A stretch of DNA of 64,000 bases from Zootoca vivipara (Eukaryota): positions 68,696,001 to 68,760,000 of the forward strand of contig NC_083278.1 of NCBI RefSeq assembly GCF_963506605.1. The letters run 5' to 3'. Of this stretch, positions 1 to 13,154 are shown piece by piece (positions within the stretch are counted from its first letter, which is position 1; each line of letters starts with the position of its first letter). The position numbers were made by a program, and so were the translations under genes. The notes beneath the pieces were generated by a model. It worked only from the letters and a program-made list of their open reading frames with translations, searched no databases and had not been told where the DNA came from.

Positions 1-194
1 GGTATCAGGTGGTGTGGATTGTGCCTAGGGGCTGAGGATGCTTTCATCCATAGACATAGTTTTGCATCTATGCCTGGAGACCACACTCATTATATTTCTG
101 AGGAGAAAAGCATTTTCCTCATTCTTTTTTTTGGCCAGTGGCTCTTGGCTTCTCAGTTTGCCATTGAAGATATTTCTTGCCCTGCTGTATATAA

Positions 195-810
195 TATTTA
201 TTATTACGGTCAGAGACCAGCTTGTAAAACACATAATGGGACTGCACTCCCAAAAGCAAAGCAGACATTCAAAACAATATACAGCAATGGCTTACATGTT
301 TAAAAATGTGCTAAATGCGTAAACACATAAAATCTTTGGGAAAAACTACCATAGAAAATTGGCCCAGAGTCACCTGTCGGTCCGATTATGGATATTTTCT
401 TGAATTTGTATCGGGGAATGATCTGCGCCTACAGATCTGTAGACAGAATCTGGTGACCATCCGGGTTATCTTATGATCTTTACCTAAAAGGAAGAGATTG
501 AGTTTGTTTTTTCTGGGATGTCAGCAAGCCTCTTCAGCAAGTGGTCAATAGTATCTCTACATGCCTCATTATAGAAAGGACATCTAAAAAATAGATGTTC
601 GGGACTTCCTATATCCCCCAATGGGCAGGCACAAAGTCTCTGGGCATATGGGACTTTTTTGAAGGATCCTTCCAGGACTGGGAAGGGCAGAGCTGAGCTT
701 CTGGCAAGTGTAAAGGCCCTTATTGCATTTTTGGATACAAGAAAATAGAGATATGCTGCCGGTGCAGCAACATATCTCTCAGTTTCTTGAATTTTGTTGC
801 CCTGCTTTAG
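195..810 (-). mobile_element. Decayed 3' end of an RTE-X-like LINE
   Basis: Minus strand reads PAAYLYFLVSKNAIRAFTLARSSALPFPVLEGSFKKVPYAQRLCACPLG/SPEHLFFRCPFY (Cys/His C-terminus, similar to the element at 3628-5289); 3' end gctggtctctgaccgtaataataaa. Confidence 0.75.
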
Positions 811-817
811 CTTTTTC

Positions 818-915
818 AGCAGCCTTCATCAACCTGGCACCCTCCAGATGTTTTGCACTTCAGCTTCCAGGGATGCTGGGACTTGTGGTCCAAAATATCT
901 AGAGCACATCTGTCT
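818..915. mobile_element. Old copy of a palindromic hAT-type MITE
   Basis: ccctccagatgttttg ... ccaaaatatctaga resembles the intact copy at 50260-50395. Confidence 0.55.
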
Positions 916-2346
916 GACAAAGGTTCTTATGCAGTGACACACTGCTTCTTCTTCTTCTTCATAATGGTGACATGCTGCAATTTGGATGCTATGGGCGGGA
1001 TTCAATGAAGTTGTTGTTTGCACGGAATGAAGTCCACTTGCACAACAGAACTTTTCTTCTTCTTCCTTCCCCCTAAATCTGCTCTGGAAGGTTGGGGGAA
1101 AAATCCCAGAAGGAAATGTAAATGGATTGGAGTAGGCCCAAAGCAGATTTGGAGGAAAGAAAATTAGAATGTTGCTAGACATCCTACCCAGTAATTTTAG
1201 GAAATGGGCAGTATTAATTTAATGGAGGCAGGTGAGATTTATTTCCTCTTCTATGCCAGCAGTTTTTAGATGCCCTCTTGTCTCCTGCCACCAGCCTGTG
1301 TTCTTGTTTGGTTCTTAAAACATGGTTAGTTCTTTGAAAGGCTGTGAGCTTTTTTGACAGCTTATGTTCTAAATGCAGTGGCTTTGATATAGATCAGTTC
1401 CAGGGAACCTCCATCATGACTCCCCATTTGGCCCACAAAGCCATTTCAGTCAAGCCAATCTCACCTGCCCACACATAGGTGTGGGGATGGGGCAAAAGGG
1501 TCTCTGCAGGTACTGCCAATCAGGTGCTCAGCAGTGCCTGCAAAGCGCCTTGCACAGCAGAAATTTCAAAGGGCTTCCCAGCAATATTCTACTCAATCAA
1601 AGTGTCATTCAGCCTAAGGAGTTTTAAGTATTAGCACCACCAATGTCTCTTTGAAAAGTACAACCTCCTCTCACAGATTTGAGGAGGGAAGACATGATTA
1701 GGAACAATGAGCTTCAGAAATAAATGGCATGAGCATGCACAGAGAGCATAAACAATTATTGGCATTTCACTTGGTAGGGCTGGTTATCCTAATGGACCAT
1801 GACATACGCCTACTCCCTCTAGCCATAATAAAAACAAAAAATAATAGCACACAAAACCAAAATATCACAAACCCTCCCCCCCAAAAAGAAAAGAGAGTGA
1901 GACATAATTTGAAAAAACCAAAACCAAATGCTTTTCTAGCTTTTTTTCTGTGCAGATGCACTGACCATTGATGAAAAATCTCACTTTTATGTAATAGAGT
2001 TGATACTAAGCATATGACAAAATCTGTATTGGTTAACAAAAATTGTATTTTAGCAAATGCATCTCTTAATTGTTTAAATTTGCAGGTCTAAGTTGGGAAT
2101 GTGTGTCACAATTTCATCCAATGTGCATCAAGAAAGGTTGCTAAATGCCAAACAATTAACAAATATTAAGCTAAATTTTGAGGCCTGAGACCCTGGCCAA
2201 AGAGATCTCCTGCTGCCGCCCCCTGCCATTTGGCCCTGATCCCATCCTGCTTCCTCTTCCTACCCCTTGTGCTAGACTGGATATTTATACTGACACTGGA
2301 GATGAAACTGCAGGTCTGTTGGCATGTGTTGCTGTGCAGTAGCTCT

Positions 2347-2437
2347 CATAGCTGTCAAGTTATCCCCCCCTTTTAAGGGAAATTCCCTTATGCTGAATAG
2401 GCTTCCTCATGAGAAAAGGGAAAACTTGACAGCTATG
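2347..2437. mobile_element. ~90-bp hAT-type MITE, copy 1
   Basis: TIRs catagctgtcaagtt ... aacttgacagctatg; perfect 8-bp TSD gtagctct (2339-2346 and 2438-2445). Confidence 0.85.
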
Positions 2438-2466
2438 GTAGCTCTTAAGGTCTCACAGTCTCTGAA

Positions 2467-2555
2467 CTTAGCTGTCAAGTTTTCCCTTTTCTCGCAAGAA
2501 AGCCTATTCAGCATAAGGGAATTTCCCTTATAAAAGGGAAAACTTGACAGCTATG
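2467..2555. mobile_element. ~90-bp hAT-type MITE, copy 2, opposite orientation to copy 1
   Basis: Same TIRs; internal sequence is the reverse complement of copy 1; partial TSD tctgaa on both sides. Confidence 0.8.
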
Positions 2556-3627
2556 TCTGAAGCTATGTTGCCACATTGGAATGAATGTGTGCCTTTAAGA
2601 TCGTGACCATGCAGCCTCATTTGAGAATCAAGCTGTATATGTGGTGATTTCCAAGATGAGGAGACTGACTTGTATTCATACTCTTCACCATGAAGTATTG
2701 CAGTATTTACCAGAATAATCAAATTCAAGAAAGAGCATCTTAAGGAAAGTGCTTAATTTTAGTCTCTGTTGGAATGTAGCAATGCCGCATTGTAATATGA
2801 ACAATAAAATATTCTGCATTGTATAGAGATTACAGAACTTTACAATCCAAATTGCTGGGCAATTATACCTAAAGTGTCCTGTAAATGTTTTCTTTTTCAT
2901 ATTTAAGAACTATTTCTTACCATTTTCCTTTCGTACGCAAATTATTTTGTCTGCTGATTTTTGTGAATCTGTTTCTCCTCTTCCCCCTCTTTGTGAGTAC
3001 TGTTTGTCTGAAATTCCTGGCACGATGGCATACTTCAGAGCTTTCTCCTTTGCAGAGCCCCACAGAATCTAATTACAATTAAGGCTAATTTAGCCTACAC
3101 CACTAATCCTCTGAGAGATGGAATGTGTCCAAGTTCTTTACTTTTCAGTCCATCCTGACTAAAGGCCAATTCACATGACCCTTGTGCTTGTGACGAGCCT
3201 CCTTGTTTTCAGTCCTAACTTCAAAATATATTTACTGTGAAGCAGCCCTGTGATTGTGAGTCGTTTCATCATGACCACAGCTTTGCAACCAACATTTGGA
3301 AGGTTTGTGATTGGAGTGCAAAATTGTGGTCTGCCTTGTGCTCAGCCTATTCATTTGATGAGTTCACCACAAACATGTTTGGAGCCTGAATTGAAAACAA
3401 GTGGCACAAGGAAAATGTCCCTGTGACATTACCAAGGCTTAATATTTTGGTGATGCATGAGAGTTTAGGGGCAGGTGACTGTGGGACACCAGTATCTCCC
3501 CCTACTTCACCCAAGATACCCCTTGCCACCCAGAGTGGCTGGGGCAATCATCTTGAAAATGATTGTTAGTGATCACACATTTTCATTGTGTATTGGGTGT
3601 GTGTCTGCCTGCCTGAATATGTGTTTG

Positions 3628-5289
3628 TTGAACCACCTGGCTGAAAAGTATGCAGGCAAAGCCCCCAAAGCTCTGCATGTGGCCTTTATTGACTTCAAAC
3701 AGGCCTTTGACCGGATTTCTAGGAAAAAGCTATGGACAAAACTGGCTGCCACAACAATTGATCGCCGTCTTCTTCATCTGATCATTAATCTGCATACGAA
3801 CACCTTTCTGATAGTCAGGCTAGATAATAATGGTCTAGTGTCTAACCCTGTTACCACCTCTAGGGGAGTAAGACAGGGCTGCCTGTTGGTCCCAGCACTG
3901 TTTAATTTCTATGTTAATTCGCTGGTGGCCCACATGGCCAATAATGCTTACTACCCCCCTAAATTAGCTGGTCGATTACTAAATGTTCTCCTGTATGCGG
4001 ATGATGCCGCACTCCTAGCTAGATCTCCCACTGGGCTGAGGAGAATGCTACAAGCACTCCATGAATACTGTGTACAGCATGAGCTTCAACCTAATTATGC
4101 TAAGACCAAGATTATGGTCTTCTCCGCCCGACCAAAATTTCACTTGTGGTCGATGAATGGTACTACATTGGAGCAGGTTAACTGTTTCATATATCTGGGA
4201 CAAGTAATTCAATCAAATAGATCATTTCTGGCTCATAGAGATTATATAACTACAAATGCAGCTAAAGCAGCCACAATGATTAGTTCTCTATATGCTAAGA
4301 ACCAAGCTCAATCAGTGAAAGTTGCCTTGAGACTGTTTCAAATGAAAGTCCTTCCCCTCCTGTTGGTGGGCATTCCCCTGGGTGCCCGTAGGGATTTTCT
4401 CAGATTGGAATCTATCCAATCATGATTTCTTAGAGTCATCCTTAGGATTCCCCCTTCTGTAGTGGGGGCAGTCATGAGACTAGAGGTTGGTTGGCAAGCA
4501 TGTGGCCTTGAAGGCAAAACTCAGTCTATGGCTCAAGCTATGCTTCAACCCGGTGGGCATGGCCCCCTTGATATTGAGGGATGATTTCCAATCACCGTGG
4601 GAAAAGGAGATCATAAATGAAGTACAGGCCTGCGGATTGTCACATCTTTTCCTGGAGTCTATGACATTTAGTCAAGGCAAAGCTGTGATCTCTCAAAGAC
4701 TGAGTGACATTGCTAGACAAGAGGACATTGCCCTTGTGAAACCTGGTATGTTCTTGGGGGATCAGATGTTTCAGATTACACCAGCCCCTTATCTTGCGGA
4801 AATCCACTATGTAGAATACTGTAGACTCCTCACTGCTGCTAGGTTAAATGTCCTGGAATCGGAGGTATTGTTAGGAAGGTACAGGGGAGTCCCATATGCC
4901 CAGAGATTTTGTTATTGTGCCCTGGGAGTGGTTGAGTCAACTGAACATATTCTTTTGATCTGCCCATTCTATGCAGATTTTAGTCAAAAACTCATAGCTC
5001 CACTCCTAGGCCAACTTAGCCCTGTAGCCAGAGAAAGACAGGTTTTGTTTCTGATGAACAAGTTTACTGGAACAACAGCCTCCTTGGTGGCCAAATTTCT
5101 TTTTCTGGCCCTTAAGGCGTCGTAAAGTCAAAATTGACAGCATTGACATGAGTCTAAATGTATAGCCTACTTCTTACTGTCGGTTTATTTTTTAAGTTCC
5201 TTTATATGTTTATATGTTTTAATTTTTGTATGGATAAATGTTTATTTCTGACTGACGGTTGAATAAAATCTGATTGATTGATTGATTGA
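3628..5289 (+). mobile_element. 5'-truncated RTE-X-clade LINE (RT and C-terminal Cys/His domain), disrupted
   Basis: RT motifs FIDFKQAFD, GVRQGC, LLYADD, KTKIMVF; C-terminal RFCYC...EHILLICPFY; stop at 4423-4425 then a frameshift; AATAAA + (GATT)n tail; 14-bp TSD tgaatatgtgtttg (3614-3627 and 5287-5300). Confidence 0.9.
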
Positions 5290-6904
5290 ATATGTGTTTG
5301 CGCCCACACCTGTGCCTCTATGTATGTTTCCAATCTGCTAAGTATGTGTGTAGCCATGTACAGGCTGCTTTTCTCTCCCCCTACCCTGTGTGTGTGTACA
5401 TTTGCTAGCATGCAGACCTTGAAGTCATGGTGAACTCTCCATGTGGTTTTTGAGCTCCAAAAGATTTGCCACTGCTGCCCTAAACCATATTCACATTGTA
5501 GGTTATTTGCCATCCTTTCTCACTGTGGCCTCAGGATATCTCCCAAAGCAAGCCAGTTAAACCAAGACAAAATAAAAACAAAAGTTTTAATGTTAGAGAA
5601 AAGATGTTAAAGGATTCAACAGTTCAAACATTTTAACTTTCCATTAGCCTGAACTGGTTGGTAGCTGTAATGATACTTCACATTTCCTCCTTCAGTTCTA
5701 ACACCTACATAAACGTAGGCTTGTGCAAGTAGAGAGATACCAATAACGTTTTCAATGTCAAGAAGTAATTCTGATCATGGCAGGAGAATAGTGTGGGTGG
5801 AAACTTTAATACATTCAAAGGTTCCATTTGTGACTTTGCCAAAGTTAAATAAGGTTCCCCCCCCAGGGTCCATTGAATGGTCTGGGAGTTTCTGAGGCTT
5901 ACTGAAGTAACACAGTAACACTTACTGAAGTTATGATCAGGGGAAATCTATGGTAGGACGTTGACGAGGGTTATATTTTGGGTGGCCTGACTATACAGAA
6001 GTTCTGACTTGAGCCATTTGGATGGGGATGTTTTAAGGAGTATTTTTTCTTTCTGCTAAAATATGGTGTAATGAGCTAGACATTTTAAATGCTAGTGAAG
6101 TGGCAATCCTACCTACACTTGCAAGGGAGTAAGCCTCATTGAACCCAGTAAGACTGACTTTTTATAAAGCATGCATAGGATTGTACTGTTATTTGTTATA
6201 TCTGTTTCAGTGTTTTGACTATCCATAGTTACCCATATTTTGCAATGCAGTTCTCCAACCAATGATTACACGGTACCATTGGAGAAAATTTTGGTGAAAA
6301 TATTATGCAAAATGGCATTGCTTTAGGGAAATTTGCTTGCATGAACATTAGTCATATAACAATTATTTATTAAGAGGAATTCACACTAAAATTCTGGTGA
6401 ATTTTCATGAGGTTTAAAAAAAGAAAATCCACAAATTGCTGTAGAATTGCTGTAAAATGTGGAAAACTGAATTTAAGATTGGAAAAATGAGAACTTGAGA
6501 GAACCAAAATTGACAGATCCTTCTATCCATAGTCATGACTAACTTGTTCACTGATTTCAGTGGGTATAGCCTGAATGTGACTGAAATTGCGTTCAATGAC
6601 TTCATTGTTTCATTTTTTTTAATGAAGTAATGCAAGACACAATGTAGTGCTTAACTTTTTTGGGGCTTGAGACAGGAATGAAGAAGTATATTTGATGCTT
6701 CCCTAATGCACATGCAGTAGTTCCATTCATCTTTATTAAGAGCTTTGTCTTCTGGTCTTTTGACCCCCAATAATGTTTCACTCGGTGCATAAACATAAAT
6801 GTCTCTTAGTGACACTGAGTTTCTGGTTTGGTGTGTTTTCCTTCCTTTCTATAGGGTGCCCACCTACAGCAGAATACCATTGTAAACAACAGATTTTCAT
6901 AGGG

Positions 6905-7540
6905 GAATCATAGAATTGCAGAGCTTGAAAGGACCCTGAGGTCATTTCCTCTAGTTTAACCCCCTGCTATGTAGGAATCTCAACTAAAGCATCCATGACA
7001 GATGGCCATCCAACCTCTGCTTAAAAGTCTCCAAGAAAGGAGAGTCCACCACCTTCTGAGGGAGTTTGTTCCTCTGTTGAAGAGCCCTTACCATCAGAAA
7101 GTTCTTCCTTTCTTGCAACTTGAAGCCATTGGTTTCATTCCTACCCTCTGGAGCAGGAGAAATTAAGCTTGCTCCATCTCCCTGCAGCTGTTGGCTACTT
7201 ATGTATACTCTTCCTTCATGATTTCCCCTTTCTTCCATTTCTTATACATACCCTTCTTAAATCTCAGCTCATCTGTAAGCTCCATATGTAGCCACATGGG
7301 TTTCTTTAGCTGCCTCCCATTTTTCTTTCTAGTTGGAATTGTCTGCATTGTGCCTTCAATATTTTGCCTTTAAGAAACACCCACCCATCTTTGACTCCCT
7401 TCTCTGAGTGTTTCTGACCAAAAGACTTCACGGTTCCTTAACCTTTTTTGAAATCAGCCTTAAGTCCAGAGTGCATGTCCAGCTATACTCAGCTTTCTCT
7501 TGCCTTTGTACCATGAAATCCAAGGAAGGTAATGAGCATA
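6905..7540 (-). mobile_element. CR1 LINE remnant (3' end plus an upstream ORF2 fragment)
   Basis: gaatcatagaat CR1 tail; minus-strand NKLPQKVVDSPFLETFKQRLDGHL; 7250-7520 resembles the CR1 ORF2 QTIPTRKK...KKPMWL region. Confidence 0.75.
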
Positions 7541-9552
7541 TGTGCATTCTATATATAGAAATCAGTCGTCTTTGTCTATAGCCTTCTGTAGACAGAGAGA
7601 TCTGCAGTCCTCTGTCCCCTTCTAATATCACACCTCCCTGTTCTTTCTCTTATGGAAGAGAAAAGTTCCTCTTCCATAAGTGAATGGTTCCTATTGAATA
7701 ATCCTAAAGGGCTATACTCAGGAAAGACTGTTGAGGTGAAAGCAAAATATGCAGTCTTTTAACACCATCTTTTCTGTGTACTAGGTAGGGCAACATCTAC
7801 TTCCACCTTACCAATTTATTTGAGGACAGCCTTTTTATATTATTCCATACTCAATAGCAACCATTCATTTCTATGGAGGAAGGTAAAACTGAAATCTGAA
7901 ACATTCTTAAGCTGGAGACAAACCCTGGTTCTTTTTGCAAGGGCAACAGGATTCCCTCCTCCATTCCAGTAGCTCCACTGATTACAGTCATTTTACTTTG
8001 TTCCAAATACCATAGGGATGGGACAATTCCTGCTCCCATTATTTTAATGGGAGAATATGTAAGTTCCATAATATTATTTATGTACATTTCATTTGTATTT
8101 TATGAATAACAGAAAGGAGGCATGAAAGCCAAAGTATTTGTGGATGGGATAATTTTTAATGTGGGAAGAGAAGGACATTTACACAAAACTATGAACCCAT
8201 TTATAATGCAGCTGTGTTTTAGATTCTCAATTTATTGGAAAGTGACCAAGTTTTATCGCCAGTTGTTTTGTTTACTAGTTGACATTGAAGTTTCTTATTT
8301 ACAAACACAACAGAAACACAAGCCTCTCTCCATATAAAATGGTGCTATATTGTACTCACAAACATAATAACTTGGCTTATAAAATTTTACAGTAAGGCAC
8401 ACAGAATTAGCCTGAAACATATAACTCATGTAGCACGTATTTGGTTTTTATTCACAGCTGTCATGCAAGAAAATACTTTTTTCCTGTTGGTCAAAGACCA
8501 AAAGCATTGTGGAGTCCTTAAATATTTGCATATTTGGTTTACATTGCAGAATGTTTGGGGAGAAATATCAACTAATTCAGAAACCAGTGTACCAAAATAT
8601 AAGTTTGCTTCCCTATGTCTTATTGCATTTTAATACATCACCCAGCAGTACTTTCTTTGAAAAGTCTTCTGTGCATCAGTGTATCATTACCTGCACTGCA
8701 TTCTTAATATGAAAAGGTTTGGTTTATATAAAAATCTTCTATAATTATCTTCACACACTTCTAAAATTAGTAAAACCTGCAAAGGCAGTTTAATTGCAGA
8801 GGACAGAATATTTCATATGAAAATATGCTTGAAGTTCAAGAACAACATGAAGACAAAAAAAACTTTGACTTTTAGAGTTTTAAAATGGTTACATAAAATC
8901 AACTATATAATTACAGTCACTAGAGCTGTTAGGGTTTAGAGATGCTCTTGAGATTTTTTTTCTGCAGCTGATGGTAAAAAGTACTTCAGTTTGTTTAATG
9001 CATTTTGTGCATTTGTTTTTTTGCATGTATGTTTTATTGTTGTGAAATGCTTTGTTATACTTTTTCACATACAGGAAAAGGATGTAAGTTTTTTGAAAAA
9101 TAAATTAAGACATTAATAGCCTGTCTGGAGCTGTAAGGTTATATGATTGACAACATGCCTGCTTTCTCTTCCTGCTGCTGTTACACCAGTGAATGTCAAT
9201 CACTCATGTTAAACAGGATAATAATAATGGCAACGCTGTCTGTTCTTAAATCTTAATGCAGATTTTTAAGCTACTCTGAGCAGCTCTTAAATGTGGCTAA
9301 ATGTAGGCAAAGGAAATGGTACTATGAGGTGACAAAAGTTTGGAAAACAGTGGCATTTATATAGTGTAAGAACATAGCAGTGAAATGCAGTATTAGTTTG
9401 AGACCCTTTTAATCAGGGTGGATGGAAAGGGCTTTTTATTTGGACATGTTGCTTTATAAATGACCAAGGAGGAGTCTTGGGATCCAAGATTACAGCCCTG
9501 TTCTACAGCAGTCAGTGAGAGTTTTGCCACTGAAATTAGCATATTAAATGCA

Positions 9553-9700
9553 CCAGGGCCGGCTCTAGGCCCGCCCCCGGTGGTGCAGGGCGCCAGGCCA
9601 CCAGGGGCGCCGCTGCACCCGCTGAGAGGCACGGCTGAGGCTGCCCCAGGCGCGCCTCCACTGTTCAGCAGCTTCAGGTCGCTCTACGGAGGTCCCTGAA
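9553..9700. mobile_element. GC-rich fragment of a non-autonomous DNA transposon (one end)
   Basis: Abrupt CpG-rich patch starting cagggccggctctagg; no matching second TIR found. Confidence 0.45.
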
Positions 9701-10717
9701 ATCCACCATCTCAAATATAGTTCCTGGATTTTAGACTTGGTGATAATATCTTTTGGAAATGATTGAAGTGAAGAGGCTATCCAAATGCAACGTTTCTCTT
9801 TGTGAAAGTTAATCTATCATTGCTTGGCCTGAAAAGAAGGTTATTTGGGTACAAACATTTAAAAAAGAAAAACTTCTCGCTTTAATTACAATATTTTCAA
9901 AACATCACAGGACACCTTTTTTGTGTTAAAACTCATTCCCTTTACATTGTTCATGTCTCTAGCATATTAACCTTTCACAGTATGCTGCCATATCTGCCTC
10001 TGATGTCAACTTTGGCTTCGGTCCTATATGGCCTTACCTGGAAGCAAACCCCACTCAATTCAATGGGACTTACTTCTTAGACATGTACAGGACTGCACTG
10101 CTAATACCATGTTCTGTGGATCTGTTGCAACAGGTGACATGCCCTGTGCAATTCCTAACCTTTCATTTGCTGGCATGGGGAGTCTTAGGGAAATGACAGT
10201 GATTGCATACTTTCTGACAAAAAGACTGGAGATCGACAATTGCTTTTTCAGAGTGTTGAAAGCAGAATTATAGAGGCAATGTGTCCTGTGATATACACAC
10301 TAATTTCATTTGTCAAAGCTACCAGCTTGGCTCAAACAATCTTTGTAGGCTTTTTGAAGTACTTCAAAACCTTGCATATCCTGTAAACAAAGACATATGT
10401 GAAGTGTGTATACACACCAGTGGTGCTTCAATGTTTGCTTGAAAGCTGTTGTAACTGTGCCAGTCAGTTTCAGCAGCCTTCAGGAATATGTGAAATTTAT
10501 CTGGTCTCAGGTGCCTGTTCTGGTTATGGGAAGAGGGTCACAAAACAGTGCAGCTGTGTGATTAATACCTTTGTCACACTTTAGTTATCTTAACATATAG
10601 AAGTTGTAAGGGAACTACATTTCCACACAAATTGATGTAATAAATTTTGAAAGTTAAAAGCAGCTTTCTTTGGAATAGTGTGAACTGGATTGGGAGCTTG
10701 TGGGGAGATGGTGCAGA

Positions 10718-11759
10718 CAGTGGCGTCACAAGGTGGGGGCAGTGCGCCCCGGGTTCCAAATCTGGGAGTGTGACCTCCCCTGCCGCCCCGGCACGGCAGC
10801 GCAAGCAGCCATCACGCCGCTGCAGCCACATGTGGAGGATCCTCCATTCGCGGCTGCAGCCGTGAGCAGAGGATCCCGCCACCGTCTGTACGGCGTTTGA
10901 GCGGCACCGGTGGCAAACTGCTACGTACAACGCATGTGCAGTGTCGCACACATGCACTGTGCATAGCGATGCCGCACATGCATTGTACATAGCAGTTTGC
11001 GACCAGCGCTGCCCGAGCGCCATATGGATGGTGGTGGGATGCTTCCTTCGCTGCTACAGCCACAAGCGGAAGATTCCTCCTTCGCCACTGCAGCCACGAG
11101 CAGAGGATCCCACCACCGTCCATATGGCTCTTGGGTGGCGCCAGCAGCAAACTGCTATGTACAACACATGCGCAGTGTCGCATGCATGCGCTGTGTGTAG
11201 CACCGTCGCACATGTGCTGTACATAGCAGTTTGCAAACGGTGCCACTCCAGCGCCATACGGACGGCGATGGGATCCCTCCTCCCCAGCTTGCTGTAAGCG
11301 GCTCCCGCTTTGCCGCTTTACAGCAAGCCAGGGAGCTGCGGATGGAGCCACGGCTCCCCCTCCCTTCCTGGCTCACTATAAAGCAGCAAAGTGGGAGCCA
11401 CTCATGGCAAGCTGGGGGCCCCCCTCCCAGCCTCCCTCCCTGGCTTTCTGTAAGAGGCTCCCGCTTTGCCACTTTACAGTGAGCTGGGGAGGGAGGCAGG
11501 AGGATGGACGGGAGCATGGCTCCAGAGAGGACGAGCTACACAGCTTTGCCAGCACCTGGCAAAGCGGCATAGCTCCCCCCTTCCCCCGACGGCTCGGGGT
11601 ACTTGGGAGTCACAGGGTGGGGGTGCAGAGGCGTAGGGAGGGGGGCGGATATTTGGCGCCTGCCCATGACTCCCAAGCCTACCCTGAACTGTCGATGTGG
11701 GGGGAGGGGTGACAAAAAAATTTCTGCACCGGGTACCACCTGAGCTTCCTACGCCTCTG
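10718..11759. mobile_element. Non-autonomous hAT-like element with an internal tandem pair of long palindromes
   Basis: Termini cagtggcgt ... acgcctctg; degenerate 8-bp TSD ggtgcaga/catgcaga; GC/CpG-rich against AT-rich flanks. Confidence 0.7.
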
Positions 11760-13008
11760 CATGCAGATAATTTACATTTGCAAGATTCAACTGGACCACT
11801 GTGGCAGTGACAGGAAATTGGGGTAGAGCAGAAGAAAACAGCTGACAAGGAAAGGATTAAGCTTTAAGCACTATATTTCTAGCTTCACCACACACACACA
11901 CAAAGATTATTGCACATATTGGAAACAAAAGCACAACTATAAATTCTAGGTATATACCTCTATTTATGGTTTTGTAATATGTGTTTTACATGCCAGCAAG
12001 TTCTCATACCACACAGTGGTTATAAAGTCAGAACTCATGAACTATATATGGTTCTATGTCTCATCATTAGTCTTTTATTTATAGGATATTCTGGCTGATC
12101 TCATAAAATGTGATTGAAGTTTATGCCATAAGAATATGTAAGATTATAACATATTGCAAGACTTGTGATTTTTCATTTCCACAGATTCTGGAGAAAAAAT
12201 ATCTAAATATGCATAGGATAACTTACACTTTGTGTTCTATACCTTTGGAGTCCTTTTAATAAAAGGGGAATTCACATTAAATAAATTCACAAACAGGTGT
12301 CATCAAAGACAAGGTGATCTATCACATTAAAGGATTAATCCCAAGGAAGTTCCCTAATCCAGCTCTTTCAATTTAGTCTTAAAATATAAAAATGCAACCC
12401 ATCCACTGAACAGAGTATTGGTACATGTAGACAGGTGCCTGGTTTTATCAGAACTATACAGCTAAGGCAGCACTTGCAGACAGTCTGGCCTTTTGAGATT
12501 TTTCTTTATTTTGCAAAACTTACCTTCTCTGAAAAGGAATACTTATGCGATCAGAAGTATCTCATCCTTTTGATATACAGTGGTAGAAAACACAATTTGT
12601 GACATGCCAATTTAATTCAGCTCTCATAACAACTGTAAGAGATAAGGAGGTTGTCAGAAAGATACCATTGGATGTTAAGGGACTGCTTTTGAAGTTTTTC
12701 TGAACTGACAGCTAATAAGAAGTTCTCTTTGATAAGTTATTTTTGAATGTACATACATTCTACTGTTATGTATGATTTTCATCTAGAAGATGTTTTAACT
12801 ATGTGCTTTGTTTGGTGTCTCTCTAATGTAGAATCAGCTACCTAGCTGGAACTTTGTTAATTTCCTTACATATTTTTCCTAGTGGGATTCTTGCTTAAAA
12901 TACACCATGTAGAAGATGACAGGAACTGTGGATCAGCATTGAAAGTGTTTGGTTTGACAGTAATATATATTTTCTCTAAAGATACTAAATTATAGGTATA
13001 CAACATAA

Positions 13009-13154
13009 AGGTAAAGGTAAAGGGACCCCTGACCATTAGGTCCAGTCGTGAGATGAGGTGCTCATCTCACATTATTGGCCGAGGGAGCCGGCGTACAGCT
13101 TCCAGGTCATGTGGTCTACATGACTAAGGAACCAGAGCAGCACACAGAAACGCC
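13009..13154 (-). mobile_element. 5'-truncated Sauria SINE
   Basis: aaaggtaaaggtaaagggacccctgaccattaggtccagtcg tail; 15-bp TSD aggtatacaacataa (12994-13008 and 13155-13169). Confidence 0.9.

Noticed and set aside
11626-11759. Perfect 12-bp inverted repeat cagaggcgtagg/cctacgcctctg as an independent MITE
   Set aside because: No TSD on its flanks; treated as part of the larger element
10574-11848. Many overlapping ORFs on both strands
   Set aside because: GC-rich palindromic transposon interior with no protein motifs
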